DNA of 64,000 nucleotides from Patescibacteria group bacterium (GCA_041670805.1 JBAXYM010000003.1:16406-80405); one strand, 5' to 3'; counted from the first letter of the stretch, positions 48,158 through 58,429 are shown. Numbers and translations: made by a program. The notes: generated by a model from the sequence alone, not told the origin.

Positions 48158-51100
48158 CTATTTCTTTAGCAGGTCTATCATTTGGAAGGTGTGATCTTTG
48201 GAGCTGGTGAAAATTATATAACCTTCGTATAAGAAGTAATCCATCGAGGTGTCCGAATCCGGCAAGTTGACGAATTTTAGTTCGACTCCATTGTACATGG
48301 CCGGCTGGAAAGTGGTCGTGCCTTGTTCGATTATGCGGGAGTTGACGAAGATGCTTTTCATAACGGCGTAGATTTTTTTGTTCTGGGTATTGGTTCCCGC
48401 CCAGCTCGACATAATGTCTTTGAATTCTTCCTCTTTGGATGCGCTATATTTGAACACCAATCCGAGCCGCAAATAGCCGTTATCTTTGAATACCAATATG
48501 TTGTATTCGGGAGAAATGGCATTTATAAAATCATCGGGAACGTTCGAGGCGTTACTTTCGCCGAGAACGGTTTTGAGCGCTTCTTCCCGTGAAAGCATAA
48601 CGTCTTGATTGTCATAGGTAATATTTAATCTGACAACGTCTCCGTCACTGAAAGATTTCCAAGGGTCCAAATTGGCATCGAAATAATTCAGGGTCATGAC
48701 TTGGCTTTGCTTGGCGGAAGAGGCGGCCGTAATCTTTTTGTCTATGTCGGCAATGCTTTCGCCTGCGACTATTGTTGTTGACTTTTCCGTGGTAGCGGTG
48801 TTTTTGGCTGATTTCAATTTTGGCAGGACCATGGTCAAGAATCCGCCGAGAATTGCTAAAAATACGATTCCTATAACAGCAACTTTTATTCGCGAGGAGG
48901 CGGAATTTTGGGTGCCGTATTTTTTGGCGATATCCCGTTTAAATCTCTTCCCCTTTTCTTCTTCACTCAGTTCTATCTCCCTCTCTTTTAAAACGTCATC
49001 CAGACCGTCAAGATTTTCCGCCTCGGTCCTGGGCTTGATGGCTTTGTGCATTGTGCTGTAAAATTCCTGTTTTCCATGAATCAATCTGTTCTCGGGGTCC
49101 ACATAAGAAGAATTTTCTTGTTTTCTCTCTCGAATTCTTTGCTGCGCAGTTCTTACATTATTTGGCATAACCAGCCCGGTCTCTTCGGGTCGCGCTGTGT
49201 ATGCGGTAGGTTTGTCATAAGGAGACGTGTCAATCTTCGCCGTTCCTACTGCTCTTTGCTGCGGATTTACCGCGGGTTCTTTTATGGTGTTCTGGATTTT
49301 TTCCCAATAGAATTTGTCTGCGTTTATTTTCTCCAAAAGTCCGGTACTTTCATTGTCTGTTTTTGTATTGTTTTGCTCGGCCGGTAAGGTCTCTTTTGGA
49401 TATTCCTCTGCAGTGGACTTTTCTTTTTGCAGACTGCTTGACATTCGGGCAAGCAGATCTTTGAGATCCTTATCTTTGTCAGGCTTGGTGATTGTTTGGG
49501 GTTGATCGGAATAATTTTTTGCTGATGTCTCCATCGAGTTCGAGACTCTTTTGATTAGATTTTTCATTTCTTCGTCTTGCACGCTTGGCGCTATAGTCTC
49601 CTTGGCGGCTAGTTCTATCGCAGCTTTTTCCTCTGAAGGAGGAGTGTCTGCAGTTGCTTTGAGATCACTCAAAATGGAGTCATCTGCTTGTGACGGTTCT
49701 TTTACTTCTGCCAAATCGCTCCTCTTGCTTTTTCGAAGTGCATTCCAAAATGCCTCGCTCGAATCCGTTTTTTCTTCTGTGCCTGCGTCAATATCACTAT
49801 CCGGTTGGATTTCCGATGCATTCTCTTCCGGCTTTTCTTCGAATAGTGCTTCTTTTTTTACCCGCTCTTCCTCTTCCGCCTTTTGTGCGGCTTCCCGTCT
49901 CTTGTTCGTTTCTTCTTCTTCGGCTGCTTGTGTTTTTATGGCTTCCTGTCTTTTTTCTTCCAACTCTTTTTGCCTCAGCCGCTCTTCTTCTTTAATTCTA
50001 TTTTCTTCTTCCTGTCTTGATCTTATTTCCTCATCTGCCCGTTCTTCCGCCTCCGCTTGCTCTTTTTCTTCTCGGATTGTGCGTTCATTTTCTTCTTCCA
50101 ATCTTTTCTGCTCCTCTTGTTTCAATCCCTTGCCTCCTATCTGTTTTGCCGTCTCTTCTTGTTGCTCGTCTTCCTCCTCTTTGATTTGATTTAAAGTGTC
50201 TAACTCCCGTTTCTTTGCTTCTTCCAATTCAATGATTTTTGCCTTCATTTCCGCGATGAGTCTTTCTTCGGCCTCTCCTCTTTCGGTTCCTTCCTGCATG
50301 GAATCCGATATGCCTTTTGTCAGATTGGCTATTTGCGCGTCTTTTGCCCGGATTGTTTCTTGAAGTTTCCCGATCTCTTCTTCTCTATGGACATTTTGCT
50401 CCTTGAATTGTGCAAGAATACCCTCCCTATTTTTCCGTTCCTCCTCTCTTATTTTAGTGATAATTTCTTGCTCAATTTCTTCTTTTTTGGGAGTGTCTTT
50501 TCGCAGCGTAGCGGAAATTTCTTTCATAAAATCGGAGAGTTGTACTTCCTGCACCTTCATCTGCGCAAGAATGTCCTCTTTATTTCTCTTCTCTTCCTCC
50601 AAAATTTTTACTCGCATTTCCTCAACAAGAGCTTCTTTTGTCAGAGGATTAGAAGTGAGCTTGATCAAATTCGCGATATCCGCTTCTTGCGATTTAATAG
50701 CTTCCCTAAGTCGTGTCGCTTCCTCGGCGCGCTTGGTATCTTCTTCCCGCAGTGCTTGCTGTGCCATTTTTGCTTCCTGTAATCTCAGAGACTCTTGCCT
50801 TTTTAATTCTTCTTGCGCTTTCTGCACTTCCTGCATCCGCATCTCTTCCCGCTTTTGGATTTGTGCCAGAATAGCCTCTTTGTTTTTCTTTTCCTCTTCC
50901 AGCACCTTTGTTCTCATTTCCTCGATGATCGCTTTTTTGGATTCTTCCGCCTTGACTTCTCCTTGGATCAGAGAGCTTGATACTTCCTTGAGTATGTTGG
51001 AGATTCTGGCTTCCTGGGCTTTGAGTGCTTCTGATGCCTTGTTTTCTTCTTGTTTGCGCAGCTCTTCCTGTTTTTTTACATCTTCCATCGCCTTCCATAT

Positions 51101-51799
51101 TTCCCGCCTCCGCGCTTCTTCCTGCTTTTGTATTTGTGAAAGAAGATCTTCTTTGATTTTTTCATCTCCTCTTCTGACTTCTTCCAGAATTTCTTTTTTT
51201 ATTCCGGCATCTTCAGAGTCTGTCGTATCTCGTATCTCGTATCTCGTATCTTTAATCTTTTCAAGCTCTGCAAACTTTCTGATTTCCTCAATTTTTTTCC
51301 GCTCTTCCGCATTTTGCTTAGTGGCTTCCGCCGCTTTAAGCTTTTCAATTTCTCCGGGCTTTACAATCCGTTCGGTTTTTCTGACCTCTTCTATTATGGG
51401 CTTTTCAGTTCTCTTCCCAGCTTGAACCGGAGGTTCCGCGAGTGGAACCTCTTTTCTTTCGGTTATTTTTTTTTGCAGCCTTGCAAAAAAATTATCCTCC
51501 TTTTTGTCTTTCTTTTTTTCTTGCAGGGTCGGAGGCAGAGAGACGCCGAGGCCCTTTTTCTCAAGATCGCCTCTTATGTCCGCGAAGTTCCCTCTCTCGG
51601 TTTTTGCAGGAATATTGCGAGCCGGTGTCTTTGTCTGAGATATGGCGGTGGCGATATTAGCCTGCTGTTGCGGTAACGGCTTTTGCGTCAAATCGGTTTT
51701 TCTCTCCGGTTCGGGTTTTTTAAAAATCTTTCTTCCTGTCTTTGTATCTTGGATTTCCGTGAGATCGTCCTGCATTGTTCTAAGAATTTTCTGGCTCAT
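48158..51799 (-). CDS. Large coiled-coil membrane-anchored protein
   Basis: 1213 aa, E/K-rich repeats, one TM helix near the C-terminus followed by a globular domain. Confidence 0.8.
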   Translation of the reverse strand: MSQKILRTMQDDLTEIQDTKTGRKIFKKPEPERKTDLTQKPLPQQQANIATAISQTKTPARNIPAKTERGNFADIRGDLEKKGLGVSLPPTLQEKKKDKKEDNFFARLQKKITERKEVPLAEPPVQAGKRTEKPIIEEVRKTERIVKPGEIEKLKAAEATKQNAEERKKIEEIRKFAELEKIKDTRYEIRDTTDSEDAGIKKEILEEVRRGDEKIKEDLLSQIQKQEEARRREIWKAMEDVKKQEELRKQEENKASEALKAQEARISNILKEVSSSLIQGEVKAEESKKAIIEEMRTKVLEEEKKNKEAILAQIQKREEMRMQEVQKAQEELKRQESLRLQEAKMAQQALREEDTKRAEEATRLREAIKSQEADIANLIKLTSNPLTKEALVEEMRVKILEEEKRNKEDILAQMKVQEVQLSDFMKEISATLRKDTPKKEEIEQEIITKIREEERKNREGILAQFKEQNVHREEEIGKLQETIRAKDAQIANLTKGISDSMQEGTERGEAEERLIAEMKAKIIELEEAKKRELDTLNQIKEEEDEQQEETAKQIGGKGLKQEEQKRLEEENERTIREEKEQAEAEERADEEIRSRQEEENRIKEEERLRQKELEEKRQEAIKTQAAEEEETNKRREAAQKAEEEERVKKEALFEEKPEENASEIQPDSDIDAGTEEKTDSSEAFWNALRKSKRSDLAEVKEPSQADDSILSDLKATADTPPSEEKAAIELAAKETIAPSVQDEEMKNLIKRVSNSMETSAKNYSDQPQTITKPDKDKDLKDLLARMSSSLQKEKSTAEEYPKETLPAEQNNTKTDNESTGLLEKINADKFYWEKIQNTIKEPAVNPQQRAVGTAKIDTSPYDKPTAYTARPEETGLVMPNNVRTAQQRIRERKQENSSYVDPENRLIHGKQEFYSTMHKAIKPRTEAENLDGLDDVLKEREIELSEEEKGKRFKRDIAKKYGTQNSASSRIKVAVIGIVFLAILGGFLTMVLPKLKSAKNTATTEKSTTIVAGESIADIDKKITAASSAKQSQVMTLNYFDANLDPWKSFSDGDVVRLNITYDNQDVMLSREEALKTVLGESNASNVPDDFINAISPEYNILVFKDNGYLRLGLVFKYSASKEEEFKDIMSSWAGTNTQNKKIYAVMKSIFVNSRIIEQGTTTFQPAMYNGVELKFVNLPDSDTSMDYFLYEGYIIFTSSKDHTFQMIDLLKK
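51223..51250. repeat. Heptamer microsatellite (TCGTATC)x4 within a CDS
   Basis: Encodes DTRYEIRDT on the minus strand. Confidence 0.85.
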
Positions 51800-51804
51800 A
51801 GAAA

Positions 51805-53886
51805 TTAGATTCCTTTATGAGTTAAATTTATTCTTCCTTGATCGTCAATGCCTTTGACTTTGACTGCGATAGTGTCACCCACTTTGACAACGTCTTCCAC
51901 TTTTTCTATTCGCGTCGGAGCGAGTTCGGAGATATGCACCAGTCCTTCCTGCCCCGGCAGGATTTCCACAAATGCGCCGAAGGTCATAATCTTTACCACT
52001 TTTCCTTGAAAAATTTCCCCCGGGATAACTTCGCGCGTAATGTCTTTGATCCAGGCAGTGGCTTTCTGTGCGGCCTCGGCGTCTTTTGAAGTGATAAGCA
52101 CCGTGCCGTCGTCTTCTATGTCGATAGTAACGCCGGTAGCGGCGATAATCTCGTTGATTTTCTTCCCGCCCGGACCGATAACGTCGCGGATCTTGTCGGG
52201 ATTGATACGGAAACTGGTAATGCGCGGCGCGTAGGGTGACATTTCGGCTCTTGGTTCGGCAATGGCGGAACTCATTATACCGATAATGTGCACGCGTGCT
52301 TCTCTCGCTTTCATAACGGCTTCTTCCAAAACGTCTATGGAGATGCCTCCGATTTTAACGTCCATCTGTATGGCGGTGATGCCTTCTGTGGTTCCTGCGA
52401 CTTTGAAATCCATATCGCCGTAATGATCTTCCGGTCCCTGAATGTCGGTCAGGACTTTATAATTTCCTTCCCGATCGGACATAAGCCCCATGGCGATTCC
52501 GGCAGCCAGACGGGGAATCGGTACTCCGCCGTCCATCAGTGCGAGCGCGCTGCCGCAGATGCTGGCCTGGGAAGACGAACCGTTGGATCCCAACACCTCG
52601 GAAACGAGTCGGATGGTGTAGGGAAAAATTTCGCGGGAAGGGATCAAAGGCTCAATGGCTTTCTCGGCCAAAGCGCCGTGTCCGATTTCTCTTCGTCCCG
52701 GTCCGCGCATCGGCTTCACTTCTCCCACGGAATAGGGCGGGAAAGAATAGTGGTGCATAAAAGTCTTGGTGGTTTCTTCTTTCATTCCATCGATAGTCTG
52801 CTCGTCGCCCGGCGCGCCCAAAGTAAGGACGGTAAGGGCTTGAGTCTCTCCGCGCTGAAAGAGTCCCGAGCCGTGGGTGCGGGGAAGTATGTTGACTTCC
52901 GCGCTGATCAGACGGACCTCGTCCATTCTTCTGCCGTCCGGTCTTTCGCCGCGACGAATGGCGGCTGTGTGGACGAAAGCGTCAATCTCTTCATCCAGCA
53001 CCAGTTTGGCGATCTCGATATATTCTTTGCCTAAATTTTCCGCGACAAAATCCAGCAAGCTTTTCTTGAGCGCGCTCATATTTTCATTGCGGGTCTGTTT
53101 GTCTTTTTCCATCACCGCGCCCTCGATTTTGCCTTCCGTGAATTTTTTCATCTGCTCCTCTATCTCTTCCGGCGCTTGCATCAGTTTTGCTTCTTTTTTC
53201 GTCTTGCCGAGTTCCGCAATGATTGCCTTCTGAAAATCTTCCAATTTTGCGATATACTGCTGTCCGAAGCGCATGGCTTCCACAATTTCCACTTCCGGAA
53301 CTTCCTTGGCTCCCGCTTCAATCATATTTATTTTGCCGTCTTTGCCGGTCAGGAAAATCTCAAAAGCGCTTCTATCTCGCTGTTCGTAAGTGGGATTGAC
53401 GACAAGCTGTCCATCAACTTTGGCAACGCGAATGGCTCCCACCGGTCCGTCCCAAGGTATGTCGGAAATGCCCAGCGCGATTGATGCGCCAATCACCGAG
53501 ATAACGTCCGGGTCGTTTTCTTGGTCGACGGATAAAATAGTCAGTATAACCTGCACGTCGTTGCGCATTCGACCGTTAAAAAGCGGCCTGATTGTCCGGT
53601 CGACGATTCTTCCGGAAAGAATGGCTTCGTCGGTCGGCTTTCCTTCCCTTTTCATAAAACGGCTGCCTTTGATTTTTCCGGCCGCGTAGAGCCTTTCTTC
53701 ATAGTCCACCATCAGCGGGAAAAAGTCCACGCCTTCGCGCGCGCCGTCGTTCATTGTGGCAGTCGCCAAAACAACCGTTCCTCCGTACTGAACGGTCACC
53801 GAACCGTTTGCCTGCAAAGCAAGCTTGCCGGTTTCGATAATCAGATTTCCTCCGTTTATCCGACTCTCAAATTTCTTTACTTCCAT
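51805..53886 (-). CDS. pnp: Polynucleotide phosphorylase
   Basis: RREIGHG, SNGSSS, GDMDFKVAGT, KH and S1 domains. Confidence 0.97.
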   Translation of the reverse strand: MEVKKFESRINGGNLIIETGKLALQANGSVTVQYGGTVVLATATMNDGAREGVDFFPLMVDYEERLYAAGKIKGSRFMKREGKPTDEAILSGRIVDRTIRPLFNGRMRNDVQVILTILSVDQENDPDVISVIGASIALGISDIPWDGPVGAIRVAKVDGQLVVNPTYEQRDRSAFEIFLTGKDGKINMIEAGAKEVPEVEIVEAMRFGQQYIAKLEDFQKAIIAELGKTKKEAKLMQAPEEIEEQMKKFTEGKIEGAVMEKDKQTRNENMSALKKSLLDFVAENLGKEYIEIAKLVLDEEIDAFVHTAAIRRGERPDGRRMDEVRLISAEVNILPRTHGSGLFQRGETQALTVLTLGAPGDEQTIDGMKEETTKTFMHHYSFPPYSVGEVKPMRGPGRREIGHGALAEKAIEPLIPSREIFPYTIRLVSEVLGSNGSSSQASICGSALALMDGGVPIPRLAAGIAMGLMSDREGNYKVLTDIQGPEDHYGDMDFKVAGTTEGITAIQMDVKIGGISIDVLEEAVMKAREARVHIIGIMSSAIAEPRAEMSPYAPRITSFRINPDKIRDVIGPGGKKINEIIAATGVTIDIEDDGTVLITSKDAEAAQKATAWIKDITREVIPGEIFQGKVVKIMTFGAFVEILPGQEGLVHISELAPTRIEKVEDVVKVGDTIAVKVKGIDDQGRINLTHKGI

Positions 53887-54070
53887 TTTTTAGATCCTTT
53901 CTTTGTCGAACTGATCTGCAAACTCTAGATTATCATCCCTATTTTTGCACAAGATGATCGCATCTAACTGTCCGCAGGTCAATTCTTAAAATTTTGATAA
54001 AATTAAAACAGGCTAAGAAAAGTTTTTAATCTTTTATTAGTTTCTCCATAGGCGAATATATTAAAAAAGT

Positions 54071-54616
54071 TTATTTGATCAAGAATCTTTTTTTGTCTTG
54101 GCTCAGATCAGTGAATTCGTCTGCGGCTTCGACAAGCTTGGAAGAAGTGCTTTCTCCGAAAGCGATGATTTCCACCCGGCAACCTTTGTTGATTTTTAGA
54201 TATTCTACCAAAGGTACATAGTCGCCGTCGCCGGAAATTATGGCGATGACATCCAATTTGTCCGCCAGCTTGATCGCATCTACCGCCAGTCCCACATCCC
54301 AGTCCGCTTTCTTCATTCCGCCGGGAAAGATTTGCAGGTCTTTTTCTTTGATCTCGAAGCCCAGCTTTTCCATCGCGTCGAAAAAGGATTTCTCCACTCC
54401 GCCTTCCGTACTGATGACGTAGGTGATAGCCCGGATAAGCACCCTGCCCGCCACCGTTTCTTCCAGCACCTCTTTGAAATTCACCCGCGCCTTGTAGAGG
54501 CTGCGCGCGCTGTGATACATATTTTGCGCGTCCACAAAAATACCAATCCGCTGGTCTTTGTGCCGTATGGACTTATTTTTGCTCTTCGGATTTTGAATCG
54601 GTGTCCTGATCGCCAT
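54071..54616 (-). CDS. NYN/LabA-family PIN-fold protein
   Basis: FVDAQN, KKADWDV, SGDGDY. Confidence 0.88.
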   Translation of the reverse strand: MAIRTPIQNPKSKNKSIRHKDQRIGIFVDAQNMYHSARSLYKARVNFKEVLEETVAGRVLIRAITYVISTEGGVEKSFFDAMEKLGFEIKEKDLQIFPGGMKKADWDVGLAVDAIKLADKLDVIAIISGDGDYVPLVEYLKINKGCRVEIIAFGESTSSKLVEAADEFTDLSQDKKRFLIK

Positions 54617-54899
54617 CGTCTTTGATTAGTTTAGCTTCTTTTAATTTGAGGGCTTTTACGATTTTGGCAAATCTCTCTTCGCTGTTCGCTTTGATGTCCC
54701 GCAAAAGTTTCTTTCTCTTGGCTACCATTTTGAGCAATCCCCGGCGCGAATGATTGTCTTTCTTGTTGACCTTCAAGTGCTCGGTAAGCTCTTTGATTCT
54801 TTCAGTGAGGATTGCCACCTGGACTTCCGAGGAGCCGGTATCTTCCTTGTGAATTTTGAACTTTTTAATAATCTTCTCTTTCTTTTCTTTTTTGATCAT
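54573..54899 (-). CDS. rpsO: 30S ribosomal protein S15
   Basis: [15 protein letters not shown]...[14 protein letters not shown]. Confidence 0.96.
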   Translation of the reverse strand: MIKKEKKEKIIKKFKIHKEDTGSSEVQVAILTERIKELTEHLKVNKKDNHSRRGLLKMVAKRKKLLRDIKANSEERFAKIVKALKLKEAKLIKDDGDQDTDSKSEEQK

Positions 54900-55073
54900 T
54901 TTCTTCTTTAAGTGCTTATTAGGGTTGATGATTTTCTTCTCGCTATAAAATTTTCCATAGCTTAAACTGAGACAATATATCTCTCCTATCAGTCTATCAC
55001 ATTAATTTTAGATAGACAAGTTCTTGGATATGTCGTAAAATATAAAGATAAACAGGGTAAAATTTGTCGAAAT

Positions 55074-55979
55074 ATGCCTCAAGCTAATTTGCAAGAACTG
55101 AAAAGGGAATTTCTGGAATATTTGGAGATTGAAAGGGACCGCTCTCCTTTGACGGTGAGAAATTACGACCATTATTTGGGGAAATTTTTGTACTGGTCGA
55201 AAGCGGAAATGCCCGACGATATCACTGCGGAGGCGGTGCGGGGTTTTCGGCTTTACCTCAATCGTTACGAGGACGAAAAGGGTCGCAAGCTGAAGAGAAT
55301 TACGCAGGATTATTACATTATCGCCATCCGCGGCTTCCTCAAATTTTTGGCAAAAAGAGATGTCAGGGCTTTGAGCAGTGAAAAGATCGAGCTGGGCAAG
55401 ACAAAAGACCGGCAGGTGGAGTTTTTGGAGCTTGAGGAAGTGGAAAGGCTGATAAATTCCACCCGCGGGAAAAAACCGGAAAATCTGCGCAATGTCGCCA
55501 TTTTGGAGATGCTTTTTTCCACAGGGCTGCGTGTTTCCGAGTTGGTGAGCCTTAATATCGAAAATGTGAATCTCAAAACGGGCGAATTTTCCGTGCGCGG
55601 GAAAGGTGATAAAATCCGGCTGGTTTTTCTTTCAACTTCGGCCAAAATCGCGCTCAATGACTATCTGCTGCGCCGCAAAGATCTTTCTCCGGCACTTTTT
55701 GTGAGCCTTAAAGAAGGAGGCAACCCTTCGCGGTTGACTTCTCGAACTATGGAAAGGATTGTAAAAAAATGCGCCGTCGCGGCGGGAATTGTCAAGAAAA
55801 TCACTCCGCATACTCTCCGGCACAGTTTCGCCACGGATCTTTTGCGCAACGGTGCGGACTTGCGCAGCGTGCAGGAAATGCTCGGGCATTCCAGTATAAC
55901 CACCACGCAGATTTACACGCACGTTACCAATAAGCGCCTCAAGGAGATTCACAATAAATTTCATTCGGATAAGAAGTAA
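55074..55979 (+). CDS. XerC/XerD-type tyrosine recombinase
   Basis: TGLRVSE, GKG.K.R, HTLRHSFAT, LGHSSITTTQIY. Confidence 0.92.
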   Translation: MPQANLQELKREFLEYLEIERDRSPLTVRNYDHYLGKFLYWSKAEMPDDITAEAVRGFRLYLNRYEDEKGRKLKRITQDYYIIAIRGFLKFLAKRDVRALSSEKIELGKTKDRQVEFLELEEVERLINSTRGKKPENLRNVAILEMLFSTGLRVSELVSLNIENVNLKTGEFSVRGKGDKIRLVFLSTSAKIALNDYLLRRKDLSPALFVSLKEGGNPSRLTSRTMERIVKKCAVAAGIVKKITPHTLRHSFATDLLRNGADLRSVQEMLGHSSITTTQIYTHVTNKRLKEIHNKFHSDKK

Positions 55980-56068
55980 GGCTGTTGTTGTGTTGCCAGT
56001 TCTTGCGAAGAGTATTTTTTCGCACAAATAAACATGGTCTTATAAAAAATCATAAGTTGTGTCCGTTG

Positions 56069-56301
56069 GGGTCATACGCAAAATATGGTTTTATAACAGA
56101 CACCGGTTTTGCATTCGGATCACACTAGAAATGGTGTGAAATTCTACACAAGAACGTTCTGTCCCGCATGGTTCACATCATTTCTGATGTGATCCGAAAT
56201 ACGGAAATTCACAATTCGAAATTCATAAATCCATAATTCAAAATACGCCGGGTGTGTTAAAGATTGTCTACCGGATCATAACCATGTATTGCGTATGACC
56301 C
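56069..56301. mobile_element. 233-bp MITE with 22-bp TIRs and 8-bp TSD
   Basis: TIRs GGGTCATACGCAAAATATGGTT / GGGTCATACGCAATACATGGTT (revcomp); TSD GTCCGTTG at 56061-56068 and 56302-56309. Confidence 0.88.
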
Positions 56302-56363
56302 GTCCGTTGTTTTGTCCCTTGCTTTTTAACTCAATTTGTCTATACTTAGTAAGTATTTTATCG

Positions 56364-56443
56364 GCAGGCGTGGCGGAATTGGCATACGCGCATGGCTTAG
56401 GACCATGTTCTTCGGAGTGTGGGTTCGACTCCCACCGCCTGCA
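56364..56443 (+). tRNA. tRNA-Leu(TAG), CCA not encoded
   Basis: GCAGGCG/CGCCTGC acceptor stem, CTTAGGA anticodon loop, GGTTCGACTCC. Confidence 0.95.
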
Positions 56444-56508
56444 CGAAATAACTTATAACTGAAACTTTATAACGGATAACAGACAGCATTTTCTTCCGTT
56501 GTCAGAAA

Positions 56509-56538
56509 CAAAAACCGCCTTTTATGAGGCGGTTTTTG
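56509..56538. terminator. Bidirectional terminator
   Basis: CAAAAACCGCCT-TTTATG-AGGCGGTTTTTG between the convergent tRNA and pilin gene. Confidence 0.8.
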
Positions 56539-56593
56539 ATTTTTATTTAGCAGAGCGCTCTACTTTTAAAATTTTTTGTTTTGCAAGGTTAGT

Positions 56594-56959
56594 TTATGCG
56601 TTTGCTATAAACAGACCGCTAATAACTTTGACCAGAGCGTATGCCAGTGCGCAAATAACCATACCGATAATACCATTGAGGATAGTTTTCTTCGCTCTAT
56701 CTACCATGTCTTGGTTACCGGCGGAGGTCAGATAGAGAAGGCCACCGTAGAGTACGATCAAAACAGCAATCAGGAAAACGAATCCCAGAATGAAGTTAGT
56801 AATATCTTTGATAGTAGCATCAAGATTCGTTGGAACACCTCCCGGGTTTGCAGAATCAACTTTTGAGTTCCATCCGGGGACTGCCGCGCTGACCTCGGAA
56901 GCGAAAACTACGCAGGAAGCGAACAATCCCGATGTCGTTAATTTGGTTAAATTTTTCAT
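56594..56959 (-). CDS. VirB2/TrbC-type pilin
   Basis: YGGLLYLTSAGN..AKKTI motif; AGGAGG SD upstream of the ATG at 56959. Confidence 0.85.
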   Translation of the reverse strand: MKNLTKLTTSGLFASCVVFASEVSAAVPGWNSKVDSANPGGVPTNLDATIKDITNFILGFVFLIAVLIVLYGGLLYLTSAGNQDMVDRAKKTILNGIIGMVICALAYALVKVISGLFIANA

Positions 56960-57062
56960 TCTTTTCACCTCCTTTCAGATGTTCAGGTTAATTTGATTTA
57001 AATAAATGTTGTCGATTTTTTTTGGATATATTTCTTTGCGTTTTTATGCTGTAACACAATTG

Positions 57063-57431
57063 CTATGTAGCGGGGCTACTGCTGCTGGATTCAACCAAAA
57101 CTTTTGTAACAATGGTAAGCACTATCGCATAAGCCAGCCCGGCGATTACCAAACCTATTATTGCATTTTTTATTGTGGCTTTTGCGTCTCTCACTTGATC
57201 TTCATTTCCGGCGGCGGTAAGATATTGAACTCCTCCGAATATAAGCGCCAATATGGCTACCAAGCCCACAAATCCCAGAATCCAGTTGGTGGTGTTGTTT
57301 ACCACCAGGTCAAAATCCTTGGGGGCGCCTGCGGGGTAATTGGAAGGGGCCGCCCAGCCTGCCGCCCATGCCGTTGATAATGGAAGCATCGCCAGCCCGG
57401 TCGATAGCAGAACTTTGTTGACTCTTTTCAT
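57063..57431 (-). CDS. VirB2/TrbC-type pilin
   Basis: FGGVQYLTAAGNE..AKATI..AIIGL. Confidence 0.85.
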   Translation of the reverse strand: MKRVNKVLLSTGLAMLPLSTAWAAGWAAPSNYPAGAPKDFDLVVNNTTNWILGFVGLVAILALIFGGVQYLTAAGNEDQVRDAKATIKNAIIGLVIAGLAYAIVLTIVTKVLVESSSSSPAT

Positions 57432-57460
57432 CGCTACTGATTATTTGATTATTATAGAAA

Positions 57461-57826
57461 TTAGACCGTCGCGCCGACCAATATCTTGGTGATAACAAGG
57501 TTTACCACTGCATAGGCCAGTCCCGCCATGGCGACTCCTATTACGGCATATTTGATTGATTTTTTCGCCATAGTAATGCGGTCTTGATCTCCGGATGCCT
57601 CCACATAAACCAATCCTCCGTAAATCATAGCCAGCACGGTTACGACAATGGTAAATTCCAACAGCCATGTGGTTATATTGCCGATTGAACCCATAAAATC
57701 TTCCGGAAGGTTTCCGGGATTTGTGGGCAATTTCCACCCGGTGGCGCTGTCGTCGGCACGGACAATGGGTACACTCAAAGCGGAAATAATTGCAAACAAG
57801 CTTATTGTCTTTTTCGGTAATTTCAT
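57461..57826 (-). CDS. VirB2/TrbC-type pilin
   Basis: YGGLVYVEASGD..AKKSIKYAVIG; start set at MKLPK. Confidence 0.83.
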   Translation of the reverse strand: MKLPKKTISLFAIISALSVPIVRADDSATGWKLPTNPGNLPEDFMGSIGNITTWLLEFTIVVTVLAMIYGGLVYVEASGDQDRITMAKKSIKYAVIGVAMAGLAYAVVNLVITKILVGATV

Positions 57827-57830
57827 AGTG

Positions 57831-58181
57831 TTATTTGGTTGTAATAAGGACGCTGTCAACGAGCTTTATCATGGCAAAAGAAAGCCCGATTATGGCGATG
57901 CCGTAAATGGCGTAGTGAATGGTCTTTTTTGATTTAACGATTCTTTCCTCGTCGCCGGTCGAAGCGACATAATTCAGACTACCCCAAATAATCAGGACGA
58001 CGCAAAGCGCCACTCCGAACTCCAACAGCCATGTGGTCAAGGCGGACAGAACTTCGGTCAAGGATTTGCTTGGCACTCCGTCTATTTTTTCCAATTTGGC
58101 CAGTGCCGAGAACGGAGCAAGCCAGGAAACGAGGCACGCGAATTTTACCAGATTTTTCTTTGCGGAATTCTTAATGCGCAT
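57831..58181 (-). CDS. VirB2/TrbC-type pilin
   Basis: WGSLNYVASTGDE..SKKTIHYAIYG; start set at MRIKN. Confidence 0.8.
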   Translation of the reverse strand: MRIKNSAKKNLVKFACLVSWLAPFSALAKLEKIDGVPSKSLTEVLSALTTWLLEFGVALCVVLIIWGSLNYVASTGDEERIVKSKKTIHYAIYGIAIIGLSFAMIKLVDSVLITTK

Positions 58182-58282
58182 ATTTACGATATTATTCAAC
58201 TTTAACGGAATTTTAGCACCATTTGATTCGTTTGTAAAATCTTTTTTATAAATTCTTATCAAAAGGTAAAATCAATATGTAT

Positions 58283-58429
58283 TTGTCATTCCGGAATTTC
58301 GGTACTCCGATTTTACGAGGCATTTTGACTTATGAATTTTCGGATCACACCAGAAATGGTGTGAACCAAGCAGGACAGAACGTTTTTGCGTAATATTTCG
58401 CACCATTTCCGGTGTGGTCCGGATGCAAA
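58283..58429. repeat. GTCAT-type half repeat followed by a REP-like doublet
   Basis: TGTCATTCCGGAATTTCGGTACTCCG then GGATCACACCAGAAATGGTGTGAA...CACCATTTCCGGTGTGGTCC. Confidence 0.8.

Noticed and set aside
50403-51425. Long antisense ORFs (also 1880-2782, 60090-61166, 60959-61939, 62596-63627)
   Set aside because: They are shadows of well-supported genes on the opposite strand and show no recognisable motifs.
55074-55979. Tyrosine integrase of an island at tRNA-Leu
   Set aside because: Size and motifs are XerC/D-like, composition is host-like, it lies upstream of the tRNA, and I saw no duplicated tRNA-Leu end.
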